Virus record (IMG/VR): IMGVR_UViG_3300009285_000018
Location: 1-45,887 of that record
DNA: 45,887 bases
Reading direction: 5' to 3' (one strand)
From: a virus
Position numbers and translations under genes: made by a program. This document shows, piece by piece, positions 1 to 6,642 of this stretch; within the stretch, counting starts at the first letter, position 1, and each line of letters begins with the position of its first letter. The notes beneath the pieces were generated by a model, which made no database searches, was not told the DNA's origin, and saw only the letters and a program-made list of their open reading frames with translations.

Positions 1-77
1 ACGGAAATGGAAGGCCTTATAGAAGTTTCCTACTATTCCAACAAAATCTATCGCCGCATAATCATTGATTCGGATTC
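1..77. repeat. 77-bp terminal direct repeat, identical to 45811..45887. Either a circular-assembly overlap or a terminal redundancy.
   Basis: The first 77 nt (acggaaatggaaggcc...gattcggattc) recur exactly as the last 77 nt. The unique unit is 45,810 bp. Confidence 0.95.
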
Positions 78-183
78 GTGGCATGAAGCCGAAAACTATA
101 GGGATTTTGCATCCGAACTTGTCGCGTACCATGACGAAGCGCGAAAACTTGAACGCAAATTGCCTAAAATACGAACATGGTAA
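1..183 (+). CDS. C-terminal part of a hypothetical protein whose ORF wraps the contig junction. It starts at 45661 and is about 110 aa in the circular genome.
   Basis: Frame 1 is open from position 1 to the TAA at 181..183. It is in frame with the ATG at 45661 once 45811 is equated with position 1. Confidence 0.55.
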   Translation, partial: TEMEGLIEVSYYSNKIYRRIIIDSDSWHEAENYRDFASELVAYHDEARKLERKLPKIRTW

Positions 184-350
184 AACTCACACTCAAAAAC
201 AACTGGCTTTCATTGGTCGTTGAAAACCTTGAACTTCTCAAAGACGCTTTCGCGGACGGAGCGATACCAACCATGCTTTATGACGGGGATGAAGAAGAAA
301 AAATCGTGGAACTCCAAAATCTTATTGACTACCTAAATAAAACCAACTGA
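177..350 (+). CDS. hypothetical small protein (57 aa, below the ORF-track cutoff)
   Basis: Translated by hand as MVKLTLKNNWLSLVVENLELLKDAFADGAIPTMLYDGDEEEKIVELQNLIDYLNKTN. It shows an ATGGTAA start/stop overlap with the upstream ORF and is followed 1 nt later by the next ATG. Confidence 0.45.
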   Translation: MVKLTLKNNWLSLVVENLELLKDAFADGAIPTMLYDGDEEEKIVELQNLIDYLNKTN

Positions 351-351
351 C

Positions 352-909
352 ATGAAACTCTACGCTACAATTCAATCCGAGCGTGCTATGAAAGGACAGG
401 GGGGAAACGAATACCTCAATATCGTTGTAAAAAACGAATTTCAAGAGGACATTCTAATTCTCACCATTCATCCCGCCCGTAAAGACGGTAGGATACATGG
501 CTACCTCGCCGTGTTAGGAGTAGAAATTCACTCCGATACCACTCAAGGACTGACAACGATACTCCCCACAACTCAACTTGACGCGCCAAAACTACGCAAA
601 CGCCTCATCCACGATCCCCGAACTTGCGAGAACTCCATTCCTTGCTACGACTGCGAAATCACAGAGAAAAGCGCGCCGCCAAAACGCGCCTGCTCAATAT
701 GCGGTGATCCCCTATACGGAGAAGTCCAAGTCCACCACCACAACGAGGATTGCAAAAAATGCGGTTATACCATAATTGCTTCACAACAACATAACTGCAA
801 ATCAATAAAAGGCAAAAAGGAAAAAAGCAAAGAGTGCGGAAATTGCGGACGCCCCGCAACCCAATCTATCGCCAACATAAACAGGTGCGATAGATGTGCC
901 ACACTCTAA
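352..909 (+). CDS. cysteine-rich protein with several CxxC zinc-ribbon-like pairs
   Basis: 185-aa ORF. CxxC pairs are CYDC, CSICG, CKKCG, CGNCG and CDRC. A hairpin terminator follows. Confidence 0.6.
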   Translation: MKLYATIQSERAMKGQGGNEYLNIVVKNEFQEDILILTIHPARKDGRIHGYLAVLGVEIHSDTTQGLTTILPTTQLDAPKLRKRLIHDPRTCENSIPCYDCEITEKSAPPKRACSICGDPLYGEVQVHHHNEDCKKCGYTIIASQQHNCKSIKGKKEKSKECGNCGRPATQSIANINRCDRCATL

Positions 910-927
910 ACGCTAAAAACCAAAAAG

Positions 928-962
928 CCGCGCATTTAACAGCTTGCTATGCGCGGATTTTT
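928..962 (+). terminator. rho-independent terminator
   Basis: Perfect 8-bp stem CCGCGCAT (928..935) / ATGCGCGG (949..956), a 13-nt loop, then ATTTTTG. Confidence 0.7.
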
Positions 963-1149
963 GTTACTTAAAACCTGCATAGTTTCATAACACACCCGTA
1001 TAGATATTGTCAATCCCTCGCGCTTTCGCCAGCGCGCCGGACATGCAAGCGCATCCATCTCTAAATTTCCTAAAATCCCAAAAAAGGCTTCCGACAAAAC
1101 AGAACACCAAGCCACATTTTTTTAACCCAAAATTCCCAAAAGTCAATAA

Positions 1150-1260
1150 CCCCCCCCTTACCCCCCTACCTGTATATATGTATATATATATACTTATATT
1201 AAAAAAAAAATATTATTAACAATAAAGACACATAGGGGGGTAAAGCCAAGGTGGGGGGGG
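1150..1260. repeat. Imperfect inverted repeat around an AT-only core: C8-TTA-C6-TA ... TA-G6-TAA-(9 nt)-G8
   Basis: C8 at 1150..1157 and TTACCCCCCTA at 1158..1168, against TAGGGGGGTAA at 1233..1243 and G8 at 1253..1260. The intervening ~64 nt are almost purely A/T (tgtatatatgtatatatatatacttatattaaaaaaaaaatattattaac...). Confidence 0.8.
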
Positions 1261-1350
1261 ATAAACAAAAAAATGGCTTATATATGCGAGGGGAGATTGA
1301 CAAATAAAATAAAATGGGGTGAAAAAAACAAAAAAATACTATCAGTCAAA

Positions 1351-1394
1351 TGTGGATAACTGTGCTTGACAAACAATTCCTAACAGAATATGTT
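1351..1394 (+). promoter_or_regulatory. DnaA-box 9-mer followed by a sigma70-like promoter
   Basis: TGTGGATAA (1351..1359), N6, TTGACA (1366..1371), N17, TATGTT (1389..1394). The next ATG is at 1416. Confidence 0.55.
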
Positions 1395-1415
1395 TGTTAC
1401 ATACACTCTACTGAC

Positions 1416-1868
1416 ATGATAAAACCATTTAAATTCTTCCCTTCGAAGGGGGACGAAAATCAAATAGAATATCTTTACTTAAAAACCGGATGCTCGGATC
1501 CGCATAATTTGGTTAGGCTTCTTTTGGGTCAGGCGTTCACAAACTGGAAAGAACTTGACTTAAAACACCGCGTGAAAAGTTCGGACCGGCTTCAAGCGCG
1601 CGAAGAAAGAATCCAATGGATCCGTAACAGTTCCAATAAAGAATTCACCGCTTGGCTCAAAGAAATCGAATATCTGCCTCCGGACGAACTACAATTCAAC
1701 ACTTCCGCCCAACATGGTAAATACTACTTTTACGACACCGACGCTCAAGGCAAAAGACACTATGTCTGCGAAATCCGGCATGTCGAAACCGGAAAAACCT
1801 CAATGTTCGATAAAATCGAAGACATTGACGCCACCATACGCAAACTTATCAAGAAAAAACTCATATGA
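1416..1868 (+). CDS. hypothetical protein
   Basis: The ORF track gives 1350..1868. I moved the start to the internal ATG (MIKPFKFF...) because the first 66 nt contain the predicted promoter. Confidence 0.55.
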   Translation: MIKPFKFFPSKGDENQIEYLYLKTGCSDPHNLVRLLLGQAFTNWKELDLKHRVKSSDRLQAREERIQWIRNSSNKEFTAWLKEIEYLPPDELQFNTSAQHGKYYFYDTDAQGKRHYVCEIRHVETGKTSMFDKIEDIDATIRKLIKKKLI

Positions 1869-2179
1869 ATAAAAAACTATCCAAAAATCCCATTCCGGCC
1901 ATAAGTGAAATAACACGCTCTGCCGGCGTTCAGGGATTTGTATTCGGCTTCCGGCCGGATGAGCAATCCGTAACCATCCACTTTGAGAATATCTCCATGA
2001 AAGCCGCGTTCTCAATAGTCATAGCCGCGTTCCAGCAATGTATTGCGCTGGAGCTTAAAAACAATCCTCAATATGATTCCCGACAACGCGGAGTTTTTGA
2101 AGATTTATTGCGGGATTTTCGGAATATCGTGGCCACGGCGAACGCCAAGACCGAAACTGTAAATAAAAAGGTCACATAG
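1865..2179 (+). CDS. hypothetical protein
   Basis: 104-aa ORF with an ATGA start/stop overlap with the upstream ORF. Confidence 0.55.
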   Translation: MNKKLSKNPIPAISEITRSAGVQGFVFGFRPDEQSVTIHFENISMKAAFSIVIAAFQQCIALELKNNPQYDSRQRGVFEDLLRDFRNIVATANAKTETVNKKVT

Positions 2180-2228
2180 ATTCTTTAGAATGGAATTAAA
2201 TAAAAGATTTTAACCCCTCAATAAAACT

Positions 2229-2399
2229 ATGAAAAAAGAAAAGATAACTGAAAAAGAAAATATCATCGTCCCCGTAGAATGGCTAAGTGAATTAGTTAGA
2301 CACTCCGAAATTGCCGAAAAAGATAAAAATCACATAATACACTTGATTGGTTTTATTTCATCTGTGAAAACAATTTTGAAATACGGGATTAAAAGATAA
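2229..2399 (+). CDS. hypothetical small protein (56 aa, below the ORF-track cutoff)
   Basis: Translated by hand as MKKEKITEKENIIVPVEWLSELVRHSEIAEKDKNHIIHLIGFISSVKTILKYGIKR. Preceded by motif copy 1. Confidence 0.5.
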   Translation: MKKEKITEKENIIVPVEWLSELVRHSEIAEKDKNHIIHLIGFISSVKTILKYGIKR

Positions 2400-2418
2400 C
2401 TAACCCCTCAATAAAAAT

Positions 2419-2607
2419 ATGGATATGGATAAAGACGGAAAATTAAGCATACAGAATCGTTGGACATTCAGAATTATGAATGAATTTGATTTTAACTTGG
2501 AATCATTGGCAGATGAGATTATTGATTTACGGCAACAGTTAGAAGTCAAAGATAAAGAGATTACAGAAAGAGATAAGGAAGTTGATAGATTAAATGAATT
2601 ACTTTAA
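2419..2607 (+). CDS. hypothetical small protein, coiled-coil-like
   Basis: 62-aa ORF preceded by motif copy 2. Its stop codon lies inside motif copy 3. Confidence 0.55.
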   Translation: MDMDKDGKLSIQNRWTFRIMNEFDFNLESLADEIIDLRQQLEVKDKEITERDKEVDRLNELL

Positions 2608-2622
2608 CCCCTCAATAAAAAT

Positions 2623-2961
2623 ATGAAAAAAGAAACACTTAAAAAAATAGGAACTTGGCTTGTTAGAGGCGACACAGGACAATCTTCTTTGTCTTTGTGC
2701 GCTGTATATCTTGGGACGGACGAAAAATCACTGAATTATCCTTACGATTGGGGTGATTTTAATAGATGCGTGGGTTTTCTTAATCTTTTGACAAGGGAGG
2801 AAGAAAAGTTTGTTTTAAGAAAAGCGGCACTACAAAATGAAAACTGGAAGAAGATATATTCTGAATGGGCTGACTTAATGATTCTATATCAAGAAAAAAA
2901 CGGCTTAGGTCTTGGAGAAAAATTAAATGTAATCAATTTTAACCCCTCAATAAAAATATGA
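2623..2961 (+). CDS. hypothetical protein
   Basis: 112-aa ORF preceded by motif copy 3. Its C-terminus, NFNPSIKI, is encoded by motif copy 4. Confidence 0.6.
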   Translation: MKKETLKKIGTWLVRGDTGQSSLSLCAVYLGTDEKSLNYPYDWGDFNRCVGFLNLLTREEEKFVLRKAALQNENWKKIYSEWADLMILYQEKNGLGLGEKLNVINFNPSIKI

Positions 2962-3182
2962 AGAAAATAAAATTATTGGTTGATCATGGTGAAGCTAAAA
3001 TCGGAGATGTTTTTATTCAAGGCCTATTTGAATCTCCTCGTTATTATAAATTTACCTCCAGAGAAAACTGGTATTGGAAAGAAGGTTCAAAAATAGAAGA
3101 TAATAGTTTTTTGCCGGCAAGTTGTTTTACCGAAGAATTACAAGATAATTTTGAGATTTTAACCCTTTACCCCCCTCAATAA
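2958..3182 (+). CDS. hypothetical protein
   Basis: 74-aa ORF with an ATGA overlap with the upstream ORF. Its C-terminus is encoded by motif copy 5. Confidence 0.55.
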   Translation: MKKIKLLVDHGEAKIGDVFIQGLFESPRYYKFTSRENWYWKEGSKIEDNSFLPASCFTEELQDNFEILTLYPPQ

Positions 3183-3186
3183 AAAC

Positions 3187-3453
3187 ATGAAAAAAGAAAA
3201 CTACAATTCTATTAAAGGTGTGGTTTCTCTGCTTTGGGTATTGGGTTGGCTACTTGCTATCTTCTTTTTTACAAATCAGCAATTCGTTGTATTTGAAATC
3301 AATAAAAAGTACGAAAAACAATATCCCTGTTTTACATCAGTTGATAAAACAAAATGGTGCGGTGGTGGTTCAAAGGCGATAGAGAATCTACTTGATAAAC
3401 TTAATAGGGGTGAGTGGGCTGTAGATTTTATTCCTATCCTAACTCCCCAATAA
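3187..3453 (+). CDS. hypothetical membrane protein
   Basis: 88-aa ORF with a hydrophobic N-terminal segment, VVSLLWVLGWLLAIFFF. Preceded by motif copy 5. Confidence 0.55.
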   Translation: MKKENYNSIKGVVSLLWVLGWLLAIFFFTNQQFVVFEINKKYEKQYPCFTSVDKTKWCGGGSKAIENLLDKLNRGEWAVDFIPILTPQ

Positions 3454-3457
3454 AAAC

Positions 3458-3631
3458 ATGAAACATGAACCCGAAAAATGGGATTTTAACTGGAGATATA
3501 AGCCACAATGTTGGAAATGCGGCAAAAAAAACAGTTTGAAAGAGTCCGTTTGCGGCCAATGTGGGGAGAAGATCGACGAGAAAGAAGAAGCCAAAGAACG
3601 ATTTAAAAATCCGCGTAAACATTTTTTATGA
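3458..3631 (+). CDS. small zinc-ribbon protein (57 aa, below the ORF-track cutoff)
   Basis: Translated by hand as MKHEPEKWDFNWRYKPQCWKCGKKNSLKESVCGQCGEKIDEKEEAKERFKNPRKHFL, with CxxC...CxxC. Preceded by motif copy 6. Confidence 0.5.
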   Translation: MKHEPEKWDFNWRYKPQCWKCGKKNSLKESVCGQCGEKIDEKEEAKERFKNPRKHFL

Positions 3632-3762
3632 AAACATTTTTGGTTTGGCTTTGGGAAAAAATTCTTCTCCTTATCGTCGTCGCCGCTGGCGTCTATTATT
3701 GGTGGTGGATATTCTCAGACGCATTGTTTTGTTCCGGATGGCTGTGCGATACCGGATTCTAA
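3628..3762 (+). CDS. small hydrophobic protein (44 aa)
   Basis: Translated by hand as MKTFLVWLWEKILLLIVVAAGVYYWWWIFSDALFCSGWLCDTGF. ATGA overlap with the upstream ORF. Confidence 0.4.
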   Translation: MKTFLVWLWEKILLLIVVAAGVYYWWWIFSDALFCSGWLCDTGF

Positions 3763-3767
3763 ATTTT

Positions 3768-4496
3768 ATGAAAATCGAATCTTACTTTCCAGAATATGTT
3801 TTGGCCGCGTTCTCGGAACGATCCGACGGTTCTTGCGCTTCCACCGATCCCGGGGCAGCGGATAACCGCAGGATTTTTCTTTCGGGTCACGGGGTTTCGG
3901 AACGGCAAGTCGCGGTCTCGACGCTTGTCCACTCGGCAATTGTGGAGCCGGTTGGAATTGAGGATATTGGCAATACGCGCGTATGCGACGCGCTGATAAC
4001 CGCCGATTCCGAAGTTTTCCTTTCCGTTACCGCCGCCGACTGCCCTTCCCTCTACTTATTTGACCCCGTGGCGCGCGTTTTGGCGCTTGCGCACTGCGGA
4101 TGGCGTGGAATAGTATCAAACATCGTCCATAACGTAATAAAAGCCATGGTGCAAGGATTTGGCGTAAAATCAGCCAATATACAAGCGTTCATCTCGCCAT
4201 CTATACGTAGTTGTCATTTTGAAATCAAAAAAGACGTGTATGAAAAACTCGCCCCATTCCTTTTTCCATTTGACAATAACGCGACACGCGACTTTATTCC
4301 GGGTCATCGCAATACGCTTGATCTGACGCACGCTATTGTTATGCAATTAATTTCTAACGGTCTTCCTCCGTCCGCTCGTAACATCCGTTTAAATTACGAA
4401 TGTACATTCTGCCAATCCGACCGTTTCTTTTCATGGCGCCGGGACAAAACTCCGGAACGCATGCTGGCTGTTTTTGGCATGCGGAAAACTTATTAA
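3768..4496 (+). CDS. yfiH: YfiH/PgeF family protein (DUF152 / Cu-oxidase_4 fold; purine nucleoside phosphorylase or peptidoglycan-editing family)
   Basis: Family hallmarks are present in order: LVHSAIV, CDALIT, TAADCPSLYLF, LAHCGWRG, LDLTHAI, CTFCQSDRFFSWRRD. I used the internal ATG (MKIESYF) rather than the track start at 3561, because the upstream part overlaps two better small ORFs. Confidence 0.8.
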   Translation: MKIESYFPEYVLAAFSERSDGSCASTDPGAADNRRIFLSGHGVSERQVAVSTLVHSAIVEPVGIEDIGNTRVCDALITADSEVFLSVTAADCPSLYLFDPVARVLALAHCGWRGIVSNIVHNVIKAMVQGFGVKSANIQAFISPSIRSCHFEIKKDVYEKLAPFLFPFDNNATRDFIPGHRNTLDLTHAIVMQLISNGLPPSARNIRLNYECTFCQSDRFFSWRRDKTPERMLAVFGMRKTY

Positions 4497-4525
4497 AATA
4501 ATAAACAAAAAGATGAGAAATAACC

Positions 4526-4708
4526 ATGCCAGCCCGCGCATATAAAATGCTTTTACGCAGTCCCGGCGCGCGCAAACACCGCGAGCATCGTTCGCGCCGG
4601 GGGCGGCGTTATCGGCACGATCATCCTTTGATACTTAATTGGAAAGTGCAACAAGCCGAAGAAGAGGAAAAGAAGTTTCGCGGAAAATTGGACGAAATGG
4701 TACAATAA
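4526..4708 (+). CDS. small arginine-rich basic protein
   Basis: 60-aa ORF containing REHRSRRGRRYRH. Confidence 0.4.
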   Translation: MPARAYKMLLRSPGARKHREHRSRRGRRYRHDHPLILNWKVQQAEEEEKKFRGKLDEMVQ

Positions 4709-4749
4709 AAGAAAGGTCAAGTCAACTGATAAAAAGATGAGGAGGCAGT

Positions 4750-4926
4750 ATGACTATGACGGTCGCAATCGAAGCAATTACGCGCTACATATTCATCTGT
4801 GATGAGTGTGGAGAGCAAAATGAGCTCGGGGAAGACGAGCGTACGGCTGGTTTTGCCCGATGTACCTTCTGCGACAGCGGATTCAATCTTGAAGGATCCG
4901 CCGATAACAGCGATTCTATGCTATAA
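4750..4926 (+). CDS. small zinc-ribbon protein (58 aa)
   Basis: Translated by hand as MTMTVAIEAITRYIFICDECGEQNELGEDERTAGFARCTFCDSGFNLEGSADNSDSML. It is one of the few genes here with a clear GGAGG Shine-Dalgarno (4741..4745). It is preferred over the overlapping track ORF 4799..4981. Confidence 0.55.
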   Translation: MTMTVAIEAITRYIFICDECGEQNELGEDERTAGFARCTFCDSGFNLEGSADNSDSML

Positions 4927-5053
4927 TATCCTCATAGCGCTTTTTGGTTTTTCCGGTGGGGACAATATGCTTGTGGTTTAAAATGGGATTTCTACCATTC
5001 CACGCTACGTCCCCGCCGGAGAAAATCGTAATAAATTTTCTCCAAAAAGCCCT

Positions 5054-5521
5054 ATGACATTAAAACATTTCGTTTGGGCCGCAATTATTGCGCTGGCGAT
5101 TTTCGGCGCGTATGCGACTCTTCGTTCTTTAGGATATGAACTTGACAAAAAAGAGAAAAATAATCGATATTTTCCCACCAAAGAGGTCCGAAAAGACATG
5201 CTCGATCTTTGGTTGGATCGTTTGGCGGATTTTGAGTGCCAAAATTGTCCAGACAATTTCCGGCATTTGGATAAAAATAATCTCTACTCCTACGGCTGCC
5301 TCCAGTTTCAAAAAAATACCTTTTACGCGGAAGTCCGCAGATATAAACTTCTACCTTTTACGGAAGACGCGGAATTGATGAACTGGATTTACGACTGCCA
5401 ATTTCAGAAATCGCTCGCTCGATACATGATTCAGGCTGGTGGTTTCGCGTCTGCGCGCTCCCACTGGTATACTTCGGTTGTGCTGCGTGGACTTGGATAT
5501 CCACCCGTTCCGGAAAATTGA
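5054..5521 (+). CDS. membrane-anchored protein, possibly lysozyme-like or transglycosylase-like
   Basis: N-terminal TM segment FVWAAIIALAIFGAY. An E...S-YGCLQF segment loosely resembles the SLT-type ES...GLMQ motif. The domain assignment is weak. Confidence 0.35.
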   Translation: MTLKHFVWAAIIALAIFGAYATLRSLGYELDKKEKNNRYFPTKEVRKDMLDLWLDRLADFECQNCPDNFRHLDKNNLYSYGCLQFQKNTFYAEVRRYKLLPFTEDAELMNWIYDCQFQKSLARYMIQAGGFASARSHWYTSVVLRGLGYPPVPEN

Positions 5522-5550
5522 CAATATAGTCAAATAGCTGAAACGCCCTT

Positions 5551-6165
5551 ATGTATATAAACATAAAAGATGAAACTCTTTGCATCACTTTCCCGTATGC
5601 AAAGTCGGTAATTGACGCGCTCCGTACTATTCCGGGTCGCGTTTTTAATCCAAAATTAAAACGATGGGAAGTGCCGGTTGAGAACGGCATTGAATGTTTG
5701 CGCGTTTTGGAGCCGCTTGGTTTCAATGTGCATTTGGACGTAAAAAGACGGGTGGAAGCGCTAAAAAAAGAAATTGAGGAATCTGAAGAACTTAAAATAA
5801 ATCCATCTGTTCCATATTCCGGATCTTTGCCGCTTTACGATTTCCAAAAAATCGGAGCGGCTTTTTTGAAAGCGCGTTCAGCCTCTCTTCTTGCCGACGT
5901 TCCCGGTCTCGGGAAAACAATTCAAACGATTGCGGCGCTGGAAGAAATCTCGGGAATAAAATTGGTGGTATGTCCGGCTTCTTTAAAATTTAGTTGGCAA
6001 AATGAAATAAACAAGTGGAAATCGAACGAAATAATTTTTGTGGTTGATGGTTCAAAAGAAGAACGCATTGAAATTTATAAAAACGCGAAAAGTTGCGGAA
6101 ATGGATACTTAATAATAAATTATGAGCTTCTTTTGCACGATTTTGACATACTTGTTGACTTTTGA
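5551..6165 (+). CDS. SNF2-family helicase, N-terminal fragment (motifs I and Ia)
   Basis: Contains LYDFQ, DVPGLGKTIQTIA and VVCPASL..W. It ends at TGA 6163..6165 just before the point where motif II is expected. Confidence 0.85.
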   Translation: MYINIKDETLCITFPYAKSVIDALRTIPGRVFNPKLKRWEVPVENGIECLRVLEPLGFNVHLDVKRRVEALKKEIEESEELKINPSVPYSGSLPLYDFQKIGAAFLKARSASLLADVPGLGKTIQTIAALEEISGIKLVVCPASLKFSWQNEINKWKSNEIIFVVDGSKEERIEIYKNAKSCGNGYLIINYELLLHDFDILVDF

Positions 6166-6598
6166 TATGCTTGTAGTGTGGCAAAAGCTGGAAGAAAAAA
6201 AGGATCAATCCCGTGGAATAAGGGTTTAAAAGGAATATACCATATTTGGCCCAATGGTCGTCCTCCTATTAGCGAAGAAACACGCAAGAAAATTGGACTC
6301 TCGGGAATTGGGCGAACTCCATGGAATAAGGGGAAGCCTTATTTTGAGATCCGTGGAGACAGAAATCCTAACTGGAAAGGCGGAATTACTGGAGAGGACC
6401 AAACCTTGAGAAGTAGAATTGAATTCAAGAATTGGAGCAAAACAGTATTTAAAATAAACGATAAGAAGTGTGCGAAATGCGGATCTAAAAAGGATTTAGT
6501 TGCGCATCATAAAAAAAGTTTCAAGAAATATGTTTCTTTACGCTATGATTCTTCAAATGGAATTATCGTATGTCGTAAATGTCACATAAAAATTCATC
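6166..6598 (+). mobile_element. Homing-endonuclease insertion that splits the SNF2 helicase gene
   Basis: About 430 nt separate helicase motif Ia/Ib from motif II and consist almost entirely of the HNH ORF. The two flanking helicase reading frames differ by +1. Confidence 0.7.
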
Positions 6599-6642
6599 AT
6601 GTTTGCGGCCATAATAAGCGACGAAAGTACAAGGATTTCTAA
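6178..6642 (+). CDS. HNH homing endonuclease with NUMOD3-like repeats
   Basis: Repeats GSIPWNKG and GRTPWNKG, plus SEETRKKIGLSGIG. HNH core is CAKCGS...LVAHH...NGIIVCRKCHIKIHH. GTG start. It is in frame with the upstream fragment across a single TGA. Confidence 0.85.
   Translation: MAKAGRKKGSIPWNKGLKGIYHIWPNGRPPISEETRKKIGLSGIGRTPWNKGKPYFEIRGDRNPNWKGGITGEDQTLRSRIEFKNWSKTVFKINDKKCAKCGSKKDLVAHHKKSFKKYVSLRYDSSNGIIVCRKCHIKIHHVCGHNKRRKYKDF

Larger units (their letters stand above)
2208..3460 (+). promoter_or_regulatory. Array of six copies of TTTTAACCCCTCAATAAAAAyATG, each fused to the start codon of a small ORF
   Basis: AACCCCTCAATAAAA occurs at 2212..2226, 2402..2416, 2606..2620 and 2941..2955. 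Degenerate copies lie at 3161..3184 and 3441..3457. The associated ATGs are at 2229, 2419, 2623, 2958, 3187 and 3458. Confidence 0.85.

Noticed and set aside
1007-1219. 70-aa plus-strand ORF in the 910..1350 gap
   Set aside because: It runs through the homopolymer C-runs and the (TA)n core (translation ...NNPPLTPLPVYMYIYILILKKKYY) and follows a terminator. It is most likely an artefact of low-complexity sequence.
6163-6180. Possible TGA read-through or an alternative genetic code fusing the SNF2 N-fragment to the HNH ORF, which are in the same frame
   Set aside because: TGA is used as an ordinary stop by many well-supported genes in this window, for example in the ATGA overlaps at 1865 and 17225. 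The downstream SNF2 fragment is in a different frame anyway, so recoding would not restore a helicase.
6166-6642. HNH insertion in the SNF2 gene interpreted as an intein
   Set aside because: A stop codon and a +1 frame change separate it from the flanking helicase fragments. There is no N-terminal Cys/Ser block A in frame and no C-terminal HN followed by Cys, Ser or Thr; GHN is followed by Lys.
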